64,000 nt of DNA. It comes from Candidatus Zixiibacteriota bacterium. GTDB lineage: Bacteria > Zixibacteria > MSB-5A5 > GN15 > FEB-12. This document shows, piece by piece, positions 8,809-17,846 of this stretch. A program made the position numbers and the translations under genes. Under the pieces are notes generated by a model that saw only the letters and a list, made by a program, of their open reading frames with translations, made no database searches and was not told where the DNA came from. Within the stretch, counting starts at the first letter, position 1, and each line of letters begins with the position of its first letter. The DNA lies in assembly GCA_040753875.1 (NCBI GenBank), contig JBFMDV010000027.1:1-64000 (forward strand). The letters run 5' to 3'.

Positions 8809-9171
8809 GTGTCCCTGTCTACCACCCCCCTCGCCTTCAACGACTGCATCACGCGCCATGATCTTGAGGGACTCTCGGCGTTGATGACCGAGGACCACAC
8901 GTTCATCGACAGGGACAACAACACTGTCAAAGGCAAAGCCGCCATGACCAACGCGTGGCGGGAGTTCTTCAAGCAGTTCCCCGATTACAAGAATACGTTC
9001 ATGCGGGTCGAAGCGCGCGGCGACAAGGTTGTCATGATCGGGTATGCTACGTGGAGCAAGGGGGCAGAACCGGACCCGGCGATATGGGTCGCGAGAATCG
9101 AGAATGGGCTCGTGATGGAGTGGCGGATCTATTACGACACGGATGAGAATCGTAAGATGCTGGGGGTGTGA
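8809..9171 (+). CDS. NTF2-like/SnoaL-like domain protein
   Basis: 120 aa with the pattern of a ketosteroid isomerase/NTF2 fold (cone-shaped alpha+beta). Assigned by resemblance only. Confidence 0.45.
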   Translation: MSLSTTPLAFNDCITRHDLEGLSALMTEDHTFIDRDNNTVKGKAAMTNAWREFFKQFPDYKNTFMRVEARGDKVVMIGYATWSKGAEPDPAIWVARIENGLVMEWRIYYDTDENRKMLGV

Positions 9172-9268
9172 GATTCTTACTGGCGCCATCTCGGAGCGGG
9201 AAACGGCTGTCGGAAATACAGCAGCAATCGCGGAATTGGCTTGGGAAGTGTTGAAAAAAACCTAGCAA

Positions 9269-9420
9269 GTCATTGCGAGCCCCGTCGAAGGCGGGGCATG
9301 GCAATCTCTACCTTTTGTAAGCTACCCGATATCGAGATTGCTTCGTCGTCCGCCTGAGGCGGACTCCTCGCAATGACGACGGGGACCTTTTTCAACAGGC
9401 CCTTTCACGGGAATGACAAA
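9269..9420. repeat. MITE-like palindromic element
   Basis: An 11-bp terminal inverted repeat, gtcattgcgag at 9269..9279 and ctcgcaatgac at 9367..9377, encloses hairpins at 9279..9297 and 9348..9364. It is followed by cacgggaatgaca, a motif also present at about 7695. Confidence 0.5.
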
Positions 9421-9591
9421 TACAGCCTGGATCGCAATATGGCCAAACTAACTCGTTATATCACAACGAACTATCCGCGCCGAATGTGATTCCAATCAGC
9501 AGATTTCCGCTTGCGTCGCGGAATCATGGGCCGTAATTTACCGCTATTAACCGACGCAGAAAACTCTCACCAAACTTGCACGGAGGTACAG

Positions 9592-10191
9592 ATGAAGAAG
9601 TCATTGATGATTGTCGCCCTCATGGCCATGGCGTGTCTGATGGCGCTGCCGGCACTCGCCGAGGAACCGGCCAAGCCTTCCGGCGAACAGATGCAGATGC
9701 CCCCTATGGGTCCGCCGGAGGAAATGAAGCAGTTGGCGTTTCTCGAAGGGACATGGGATGTGGTCTCCAATTTCAACATCAGCATGGACCCAACCAAGGA
9801 ACAGTGGCAGGAATCCAAAGCGACCGCCGTTTACAGCTATATCGTCGACGGTGCAGCGATGCAGTGCGTGTACGATGGCGGCGCCGACATGATGCCCGGC
9901 ATGCCGCCGTTCAAAGGATTTATGCTGCAGGCCTATAACCGCGAGACCAAGAAGTGGCAGGCCACGTGGGTGGACAACATGAGTGGAAGTATCAGCTTGT
10001 ATACCGGGACGCACGACGCGGGCAAGTCGGTTCTTGAGGGTGAGGATATGATGGGTGGGCAGAAGTGGTGGACCCGGATGACGAGCTACGACGAAACTCC
10101 CGGCGCGTTCAAGTGGAAGATGGAAATGTCCATGGACGGCGGCAAGACATTCGTAACGAGCGGCACCGCAACGTACACGAAGCGCAAATAG
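9592..10191 (+). CDS. secreted protein, DUF1579-like (lipocalin-like)
   Basis: GGAGG RBS 5 nt before ATG 9592. Signal peptide MKKSLMIVALMAMACLMALPALA. GTW...W.DN...DGGKT pattern. Confidence 0.4.
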   Translation: MKKSLMIVALMAMACLMALPALAEEPAKPSGEQMQMPPMGPPEEMKQLAFLEGTWDVVSNFNISMDPTKEQWQESKATAVYSYIVDGAAMQCVYDGGADMMPGMPPFKGFMLQAYNRETKKWQATWVDNMSGSISLYTGTHDAGKSVLEGEDMMGGQKWWTRMTSYDETPGAFKWKMEMSMDGGKTFVTSGTATYTKRK

Positions 10192-10263
10192 CCGAAGATC
10201 GCGATGTGGAGATGAAAGGCCGTGTGGACATCACACGGCCTTTTTCGCTGCAATAGTCTGGTT

Positions 10264-13200
10264 TCATCCCACTTTCCCCAGCACGCCTCTCAGATGACTC
10301 AGTCGGTCCTGCTCGGCGATTGCCATCAGGTTGATCGTGATCCTTGGCTGACCGGTGAGAGAGAACTCCATCGGGCAGTCGGTCCCGCGGCGGAATGATT
10401 CAACCTCATTCCGAGTCAGTCGTCTGGCCTCCAGGAACAGGATTGTAGCGACGCCGGAACGCAGGCGCACTTTTTCAACCTCCAGGAGCGCTGCGGCAAT
10501 TTTCACAGCCGTAGCATCGAACAGATACACTGCCGATTGCGGCGGACGACCAAACCGGTCGGTTACCTCATCGCGAATCTTCTCGACTTCATCGAGGTTC
10601 TTGCTGTCTGCCAGTCGCCGGTATATATCAACTTTCTGCTGACGGTCGTTGACGTAGTCATCGGGCAAATAGATCTCGACATCAAGTTCGAGCTTGGTGT
10701 CAGGGAGTCGAACGATCTCCTGCCCTTTCAACTCCGCGACTGCCTCTTCAAGCAGGCGGTTGTACAAGTCGAAGCCGACTTCCTCGATAAAGCCTGACTG
10801 GCGCGCACCCAGGATCGTACCGGCACCGCGTATTTCCAGATCGCGCATGGCCAGCGCAAAACCGGCCCCAAGGTCGGAGTGCGCCTCAAGGGCGCGGAGA
10901 CGCTTGATGGCATCCTGGGTCAGGAGTTTGACTGGCGGTGTGATGAGATAGGCATAGGCGCGACGCGCCGATCGCCCCACTCGCCCGCGTATCTGATACA
11001 GTTGTGCCAGCCCGAACCGGTCGGCGCGATTGATGATGATCGTGTTGGCGGACGGAATATCCAGGCCGGATTCGATGATCGAGGTACACAGGAGGACATC
11101 GTATCGTTTCGCCAGAAACGCCAGCATGATCCCTTCGAGCGAGCGCTCGTGCATCTGGCCATGTGCTACGGCAATCTCGACTTTGGGTAGGAGCTTCGAC
11201 AGGTAATGATGCATCGCTTCGATAGTCTGCACACGATTGTGCAGAAAGAACACCTGGCCACCGCGGTCGATCTCACGGCGAATGGCGGTTGCGATGATGG
11301 CTGGATCGAAATCGACGATCTCCGTGATGATGGGGAGTCGGTCTTTGGGCGAGGTGTTGATCAGGCTCATGTCGCGCGCTCCCATGAGCGACATCTGAAG
11401 AGTCCTCGGGATCGGCGTGGCGGTCATGGCCAGTGTGTCGACAGAGGCTTTCAACTGGCGAAGCTTCTCCTTGTGCTTGACACCGAACCGGTGTTCCTCG
11501 TCGATCACCAGCAGTCCCAGGTCTTTGAAATTGACATCGTCGGAAAGGAGCCGGTGGGTGCCGATGACCAGGTCGACTCTCCCATCGCCCAGGTCTTTGG
11601 CGGCCTGTGTCTGCTCGGATCGGGTGCGGAAACGGGACAGCATGGAGATCTTGAAGGGATACTCCCTGAGGCGGTCGGTGAAGGTGTTAAAATGCTGCTG
11701 GGCGAGAATGGTGGTGGGCACCAGCACCGCCACTTGCTTGCCGGCATCCATCGCCTTGAAGGCAGCGCGAATTGCCACTTCGGTCTTGCCATAGCCGACA
11801 TCGCCGCACACCAGGCGGTCCATGGGGCGTTCTTCCGCCATGTCCCGCTTGACATCATCGATAGCTTTCTGTTGATCCGGCGTCTCGTCGTATGGAAACG
11901 AGGCCTCCAGTTGTTTGAGCCAGACCGAATCCTCGCCGAACGCACAGCCACTGGCGGTTTTCCGCTCGGCGTACAGTTTTATCAGATCGGCCGCCATATC
12001 GGCAATCGCCTTCTTGGTCTTCTCCTTCAGTTTCTCCCATCCCGGACCACCGAGCTTAGTGAGTGAAGGAGCCGAGTCCTTACCCGAATATTTTGAGACC
12101 CGATTGAACTCCTCGATCGGGACATAGAGCCGGTCGGTGCCATCGTACTGAAGCAGCAGGCAGTCGCGGTGGCGGCCGTCGACATGGAGCGTGGTGAGCC
12201 CAAGGTACCGCGCGATACCAAAATCGGTGTGGACGACGAAGTCTCCCTGGTTGAGACTCGAATAATCCGTGATGGCCACGCCTTCTCTGAACCGTTTTTT
12301 CCGAATGCGGCGGTGATACCGGCTGAACAGTTCGTGGTCCGTGAGGATGGCAACGCCGGCATCGCGACACTCGAACCCGCCGCGGAGATTGGCGACCTCG
12401 ATAACGGGCCGGTGTTCGCTGGGAACTTTCTCGGCGATCAATTCGCTCAATCGGGAAGCCTGTCCCTCGTTGTCGGTGGCGAGGAAATAGGTCAGGCTGA
12501 GCTGGTCATATTCGGCGCAGGTTTTGCCGAGAAGGTCAAGTCGCGCATTGAGCGCCGGGTGGGGATGGCAGCCGAACGAGATAACTTCGCTCTTGCCGCC
12601 GCGAAACGGCACCTGGTCGATCACTTGATGCTGATCGAGCCGGGCGATCAGTTTGTCCGGCACGGTGTAGTATTCATCTGGCGCAGGGAGCCGGCTCAGG
12701 CGGCTTTTCAAGCGGTCCTGCAAAGCGTCGGCCTCGGCCATAATCGACTCGGCCTCGCTCCTGATCGACTCTTCGCCGAGCGTGATGATAAGACCGTTCT
12801 CCGGAAAATAGTCTAAGAGCGAACTCTGCTTGTGCCCGAACAAGAGCGACAGCCACTCCAGCCCGGGAAGCTCCGGATCGTTGAGGTAGCGCGAGCGAAT
12901 GTAATCGGCGTCTTCTTCAGGTAAGAGTCCAAGCTGTTCCTCGATCGATTCCTGCGTGACAGCGACTTCGCGCTTGGGCAGTATCTGGACGCGTTGAATC
13001 TGAGCCAGCGTCCGCTGGCTGCCGACATCGAACTCACGGATGGTATCGATCTCGTCACCATAAAACTCAATGCGCACGGGAGCGGAGGAACCGGGGGTGA
13101 AGAAATCGATCAACCCGCCGCGTCGGGCAAAGTCCCCCACTTCTTCAACGACCGATACGCGATGAAATCCGAGACGGACCAGCCGCTCGGTCAATTCGTC

Positions 13201-13689
13201 GATGTCGGTCTCGCGTCCGACAACCAGTTCGATCCGTCCGTCGGCCAGGAGTTCCTTCGGCATAGTTGGTTCCATAAGCGCCCGTACCGGCGCCACTACC
13301 ACCGGCATCGTTCCGTTCAGAAGTGATGAGAGCGTCGCGATCCGTCGGCCGATCACTTCGCCGACCGGTGCGCGGAAATCGTAGGGAAGGATCTGCCTCG
13401 ACGGGAACAGCGCCACTTTCTCTTCGCCGCCAAGGAATGCCAGGTCCTCATAGAGATCGTGAGCGTTCTCACTGCTGGGAGCGGCAACCAGTATGGGCCG
13501 TGGGGAGTCCAGACCAAGCGAGTGAATGAGCAGGGCATCGGCGGAACCGGCCAGGCCGGTTACGGTGACACGTGGCGGCGAACCGCCGTTGATTCTGTTG
13601 ATCAACTCGACATAGGGTGGATACTTGCGCCAGCGCTGGACTATCCGGTCAAGTCGGCGGGTTGTTGTGGCGATCTGTAACTCAGTCAT
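10264..13689 (-). CDS. mfd: transcription-repair coupling factor
   Basis: 1141 aa. UvrB-homology N-terminus, RNAP-interacting domain, DEAD/DEAH helicase motifs (GDVGYGKTEVA, DEEHRFG) and a TRCF C-terminal domain. Confidence 0.9.
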   Translation of the reverse strand: MTELQIATTTRRLDRIVQRWRKYPPYVELINRINGGSPPRVTVTGLAGSADALLIHSLGLDSPRPILVAAPSSENAHDLYEDLAFLGGEEKVALFPSRQILPYDFRAPVGEVIGRRIATLSSLLNGTMPVVVAPVRALMEPTMPKELLADGRIELVVGRETDIDELTERLVRLGFHRVSVVEEVGDFARRGGLIDFFTPGSSAPVRIEFYGDEIDTIREFDVGSQRTLAQIQRVQILPKREVAVTQESIEEQLGLLPEEDADYIRSRYLNDPELPGLEWLSLLFGHKQSSLLDYFPENGLIITLGEESIRSEAESIMAEADALQDRLKSRLSRLPAPDEYYTVPDKLIARLDQHQVIDQVPFRGGKSEVISFGCHPHPALNARLDLLGKTCAEYDQLSLTYFLATDNEGQASRLSELIAEKVPSEHRPVIEVANLRGGFECRDAGVAILTDHELFSRYHRRIRKKRFREGVAITDYSSLNQGDFVVHTDFGIARYLGLTTLHVDGRHRDCLLLQYDGTDRLYVPIEEFNRVSKYSGKDSAPSLTKLGGPGWEKLKEKTKKAIADMAADLIKLYAERKTASGCAFGEDSVWLKQLEASFPYDETPDQQKAIDDVKRDMAEERPMDRLVCGDVGYGKTEVAIRAAFKAMDAGKQVAVLVPTTILAQQHFNTFTDRLREYPFKISMLSRFRTRSEQTQAAKDLGDGRVDLVIGTHRLLSDDVNFKDLGLLVIDEEHRFGVKHKEKLRQLKASVDTLAMTATPIPRTLQMSLMGARDMSLINTSPKDRLPIITEIVDFDPAIIATAIRREIDRGGQVFFLHNRVQTIEAMHHYLSKLLPKVEIAVAHGQMHERSLEGIMLAFLAKRYDVLLCTSIIESGLDIPSANTIIINRADRFGLAQLYQIRGRVGRSARRAYAYLITPPVKLLTQDAIKRLRALEAHSDLGAGFALAMRDLEIRGAGTILGARQSGFIEEVGFDLYNRLLEEAVAELKGQEIVRLPDTKLELDVEIYLPDDYVNDRQQKVDIYRRLADSKNLDEVEKIRDEVTDRFGRPPQSAVYLFDATAVKIAAALLEVEKVRLRSGVATILFLEARRLTRNEVESFRRGTDCPMEFSLTGQPRITINLMAIAEQDRLSHLRGVLGKVG

Positions 13690-13710
13690 ACCATCATTTT
13701 ATTTCAGATA

Positions 13711-13749
13711 CAACAAAACGCGAAAGCCCCGGTCACGCTGTAACCGGGG
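13711..13749 (-). terminator. putative intrinsic terminator for gene 13809..15584
   Basis: On the minus strand a hairpin ccccggttacagcgtgaccgggg is followed by ctttcgcgttttgttg. Confidence 0.35.
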
Positions 13750-13808
13750 TATTGCTGTTATTTCCGGGTGCCAAGATAATTGGTCCTGATCTATTTGCCA
13801 AGTCCTCT

Positions 13809-15584
13809 TTAGGCGCGGTAATTGTCCGCCAGTTTTCGCAATGACCCATAGAGCCGCGGATGTTGATTGCATAACAGGACAAACTGCCGTTCCTGCGACC
13901 CGCCCCTGGCTCGGATGATCTTTACCAAACCCTGCTTCTCCACACGCGACCATCGGCGAAGGTCCGGAATGGCCGACAGCAATGGGGCCAGCCTAATCAG
14001 TGACACCATTTCGTCGCGGCTCCACCGGTCGAATCCCTTTATCTCGAGCGATCTTATCACTTCTGTCGCGCATTCGGTGTCGGCCAGCATCCGATCGTTG
14101 TCGTATTTGTCTCTGGCTATTCGCGTGACGACCTTGCCCAGATTCACGAGCGACAATTCCCGGTATCCGCCCATACGGGCATGGTCGATGTGAAAGAACA
14201 CATCGCTTTTCGCAAGCCGACGGAGGGTCCGTTCGGAGGACCGGCTGCCGGGGTTCGCTTTGAGCCGCTCGTTCTCTTTGTCAGCAAGGGCGCGAATCTG
14301 TTTTCTGACGGCTCTGAAACCCAATTTGTAGTAGAACCAGAAGGCGCCGGATTTGATCGGCTCGTCGTCGCCGTCTCCCATCTGACGACTTCGCACCAAC
14401 AACACGTTGGAGCCGAAATGGTGATGAAACACGCGGAAGAACTCCTGGATCACGAACGCCGATTCACCCGCTCGAAAGGCCGGGAAAATGTTGATGGCGA
14501 TCTCGACGCGGTCAAACAGCACCGCGCCGACGCCATAGCCGATCGGCAGACCGTTGCGGACGAGCATGGCGCCGAAATTGGCCTCAAGCGGCAATCGGAT
14601 ATCCGGGTTTGTGCCGAACAGGAATATCTGAACTCCGCGGCCCGGCTCATAACGGTACACTTCGGACGGATTCGCGCCGGTGATCGAGAAAAGCTCCCGC
14701 ACACGCACGGCCAGAACCTCGTTGATCGCCCGAACGTAATAATCGCCTTCTCTCCGTGTCAGCAATTTCAGAGGTGCAATCGGGCGGGCCAGTTCGACGC
14801 GCAGGTCGGCACATCGACCAAGCGGTGATGTCTGCTGAAAGAACAGACGCTTGACGGGTACCCGGCGCAGAGTACGGGATGCGGATGAATGGGCCAGTGG
14901 CCACCGGATGGCCATTTCGGGGCTCTCGAACAGATGGCGCTGGACAGGGCGTGGCAGGCCGGATGTCGCGAGCAACTTGAGAAGCAATTCAAGCTCGGTG
15001 AGTCTTTTCCCATGACCGGTTATTTTCAACCAGTCGCGGGCATCCAACGTGAAATCGTTGTCCAGCGTGTCGTTTTCCTGCCATGAAACGAGCAACGGCA
15101 GCATACCGGCGATAGCGCCGGACTTGTCTTCATCGTAATAGTTCCAATCGATCTCCAGTTTACCGGGGTACCATTGAGTCAGGGACCGGGCGAGGTCGTA
15201 ACTGTACGGATGGCTCACAACAGTACCGGCAATGCCGGAATCCTCGAGCTCATCCACGGCGTTCTCATTCGCACGAAGCAGGCGGTTTACTCGCCGTTCA
15301 AACGACTGCAATTGTTGTTCGACGAGGTTGAGAACTGATACATCATCAGGGTAAGCGCGATGAAAACTGAGCAGATCGTGGTACTCCCTGAGTATCGCCG
15401 AATTTCGAATTGGCAGGGTCCGCAGCTGGACAAGCAGGTGTCGACGGGTGAGGGCATTGGCCGGGTCGAAATGATACCGGATCTGTGAGAGCGTCTGCAG
15501 CAGAATTCGCGCTGGGATGCTGATCTTGGTCTTTGGGGGTTTCCGTTTTCGCATCATCGCCACGAACTGCCTCCGTAAGGACAC
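13809..15584 (-). CDS. hypothetical protein with a possible GNAT-like acyltransferase segment
   Basis: 591-aa ORF with coding character. The segment ...GAFWFYYKLGFRAV resembles the C-terminal beta6-alpha4 region of a GNAT fold. No confident family assignment. Confidence 0.5.
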   Translation of the reverse strand: MSLRRQFVAMMRKRKPPKTKISIPARILLQTLSQIRYHFDPANALTRRHLLVQLRTLPIRNSAILREYHDLLSFHRAYPDDVSVLNLVEQQLQSFERRVNRLLRANENAVDELEDSGIAGTVVSHPYSYDLARSLTQWYPGKLEIDWNYYDEDKSGAIAGMLPLLVSWQENDTLDNDFTLDARDWLKITGHGKRLTELELLLKLLATSGLPRPVQRHLFESPEMAIRWPLAHSSASRTLRRVPVKRLFFQQTSPLGRCADLRVELARPIAPLKLLTRREGDYYVRAINEVLAVRVRELFSITGANPSEVYRYEPGRGVQIFLFGTNPDIRLPLEANFGAMLVRNGLPIGYGVGAVLFDRVEIAINIFPAFRAGESAFVIQEFFRVFHHHFGSNVLLVRSRQMGDGDDEPIKSGAFWFYYKLGFRAVRKQIRALADKENERLKANPGSRSSERTLRRLAKSDVFFHIDHARMGGYRELSLVNLGKVVTRIARDKYDNDRMLADTECATEVIRSLEIKGFDRWSRDEMVSLIRLAPLLSAIPDLRRWSRVEKQGLVKIIRARGGSQERQFVLLCNQHPRLYGSLRKLADNYRA

Positions 15585-15611
15585 GTCAGTTTTGAGCCAA
15601 TGGTAGGCAGG

Positions 15612-16160
15612 TTACCGTACGGTGAGCAAGCTTTGTCTTGTAGTCCGTATCCCGTTGGCGGCTTTGACACGCCGGACCACCCGGCTGCGGTGCCCCGGTT
15701 TCGAGTTGATCTCGATATGGTTGTGGATTGCGATGTCCCAGTCGACAAACCGCATGATATTGGAGACCTCGCGGGCCACCACGGCGGCTCGCCGCAGGGC
15801 ACGGATCTCCTCGACCAGGTTCTCGCACTGTAGCCAGCCCGGCGTGCCGGTCTCTCTGAAAATGGAGGCGATAATATAGCGGTCGATATAGCGCCCGCGC
15901 TCGTAGAGCTGCTGGTTGCGAAGCAGGCGGACGGCCCGCTGTACCGACCGCAACAGCGCCGGGCGGAAATTAAGAGCTACTTTGAACCGAAGGCGGTAGA
16001 GGTGTTCCCCACGGACGCGTATTTTCACGTCGCGTATCGGTCGAAACAGCTCCTGCAAGCGTACGACGGCCGATTCGGGGTCGGGCGCAATAACCAACGC
16101 CCACCCCAGATTGCCGGTGAATTTCAGTTCGGCCCCTTTGAAATGGAAGGTATACACCAT
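15612..16160 (-). CDS. hypothetical protein
   Basis: 182-aa ORF 28 nt upstream of 13809..15584 on the same strand, so probably co-transcribed. Confidence 0.4.
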   Translation of the reverse strand: MVYTFHFKGAELKFTGNLGWALVIAPDPESAVVRLQELFRPIRDVKIRVRGEHLYRLRFKVALNFRPALLRSVQRAVRLLRNQQLYERGRYIDRYIIASIFRETGTPGWLQCENLVEEIRALRRAAVVAREVSNIMRFVDWDIAIHNHIEINSKPGHRSRVVRRVKAANGIRTTRQSLLTVR

Positions 16161-16285
16161 GGCTATTATCAGATTATCGGAACACTAAGGGCCGAAATTG
16201 AGAGGGATTCTGGAGACAGAGATGAACGTCAAGGGCGTCGCCCAATCTGAGCGATGCCCCCAGAAGATACGCCATTCGCTGATTT

Positions 16286-16768
16286 CTACCCCAAATAGTG
16301 CAGCTTGCTGTTGGATGTACTCAGAAGCGGTTTTTCATCCGCTACCTCGGCAGCTACTACTTCGGCCACATACACGGTGTGGTTTCCTGCCGGTACCGTA
16401 TTGACGACCTTGCAATCGAGAAATCCAACCACGCCGTTCAGGACCGGCGAGCCGGTCACGGGTGAGCTGGTCAAGGAAGCGCTGTGCAGTTTCTGATAGC
16501 CGGACTCGGCCGGACCGTAATAGGTCTTGGCGACCTCCACATTACCGGCGGCGATCATATTCACGACAAACGCGCCGTGCTGCTTGAGCAACCGCGAAGA
16601 CTGATGTTTGTTGTGCACCGCCATGGCGACCATGGGAGGAAGCGAGCTTATCTGCATCAGCCAACTGGCGGTGAAAGCGTTTCCCTCCTGCCCCTTCCCC
16701 ATCGATACGACGTACACGCCGTACTCCAACTGACGAAGCCCCTTCGTAATCGACTTTTCTGTAATCAT
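16286..16768 (-). CDS. flavin reductase-like (FMN-binding split-barrel) protein
   Basis: GVYVVSMGKG....NAFTASW...SLPPMVAMAV is typical of the flavin reductase domain family. Confidence 0.6.
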   Translation of the reverse strand: MITEKSITKGLRQLEYGVYVVSMGKGQEGNAFTASWLMQISSLPPMVAMAVHNKHQSSRLLKQHGAFVVNMIAAGNVEVAKTYYGPAESGYQKLHSASLTSSPVTGSPVLNGVVGFLDCKVVNTVPAGNHTVYVAEVVAAEVADEKPLLSTSNSKLHYLG

Positions 16769-16804
16769 GGGAATCTCCCGGGCGTCTGACTCGCCTTGTT
16801 TTCT

Positions 16805-17785
16805 TCAGTGTTCGAACGGATGGTCCTGGTTGAAATCGGGCCGATAGTTCTGCGGGCTGTTGAGTTCCTGCACCCAGCCCCGGTGGAACCCGAGCCGCTC
16901 AAATTCATCGACCACTTGGGCATACTCATCGGTATGTAACACCCGTCCGAGGCGCGGGTGCCCGGCCACGGCCGGGTTCGGATGATACTGCGACATCAGC
17001 GATACATGGACATCTGGCGACAGCTCGTCGGCGATCCATCGAAGCACCGCCTTCGAATTCTCGACCTGTCCGGGGATAACGAGATGCCGGATGATCATGC
17101 CGAACAAAATGCAGCCATCGTCATCGACGTAGATATTCGCCCCCTTCTGGCGGAACATCTCTTTGATGGCGGCGGTGGCATGTTCGACATATTCCGGTGT
17201 GTCGGAATAGGCGCCGGCCAGGCGGTTATCCAGATATTTCAAGTCGGGCAGGTACACCTGAATCTTGTCCTCGAAAGAGGCTATGGTATCCTTCTTGTCA
17301 TAGCTTGACGTATTATACACGAACACCGGCGACCGGCCGATTGCCGTAAGGGTGTCGATGATCACTCTGACCTGTGGAATGAAATGAGACGGCGAGACGA
17401 ATCCGACTGCTTTTGAACCCTGATCCAGGATAGCTTCGATCGGGGCGATAATTTGCTGGAGTTCGAGTTTGCTGTCCTGGACGATGCTGTCGCGGCGACT
17501 GATCTGCCAGTTCTGACAGTAGACACACTGCATGTTGCAGTGGGTGAAGAAGATATTGCAGATGCCGTGAGGTCCGGAAATGACCGGTTCTTCACCCCGA
17601 TGCGCGCAGATCGAGCCTATCGAAAAGTCCATACCGCTGCGGCAATAGCCCAGCTTATTGCTCGACCGGTCGGCATGGCATTGGCGCGGACACTGTGTGC
17701 AGTCTTTCAAAGCTTCGAGAGGCGCCAGGAGGCGCTGCCAATCGCTGTCGGTCAGCACGCACCGATTCGTCAATACAGGACCCAT
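16805..17785 (-). CDS. radical SAM protein, PflX/pyruvate-formate-lyase-activase-related family
   Basis: CNMQCVYCQN matches the CxxxCxxC radical SAM motif. Additional Cys-rich N-terminal stretch. Confidence 0.7.
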   Translation of the reverse strand: MGPVLTNRCVLTDSDWQRLLAPLEALKDCTQCPRQCHADRSSNKLGYCRSGMDFSIGSICAHRGEEPVISGPHGICNIFFTHCNMQCVYCQNWQISRRDSIVQDSKLELQQIIAPIEAILDQGSKAVGFVSPSHFIPQVRVIIDTLTAIGRSPVFVYNTSSYDKKDTIASFEDKIQVYLPDLKYLDNRLAGAYSDTPEYVEHATAAIKEMFRQKGANIYVDDDGCILFGMIIRHLVIPGQVENSKAVLRWIADELSPDVHVSLMSQYHPNPAVAGHPRLGRVLHTDEYAQVVDEFERLGFHRGWVQELNSPQNYRPDFNQDHPFEH

Positions 17786-17846
17786 ATTGTCGGCAAAATA
17801 TACGCAATCCGGGCGGTTTCAGCAACCGGCATGAGATGCCCGGATA

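Noticed and set aside
8725-9189. 154-aa minus-strand ORF
   Set aside because: It is antisense to the better-supported NTF2-like gene at 8809..9171.
11206-12066. 286-aa plus-strand ORF, and many other 60-200-aa ORFs inside mfd on both strands
   Set aside because: They are antisense or out of frame within the well-supported mfd gene. Such ORFs are typical in GC-rich DNA.
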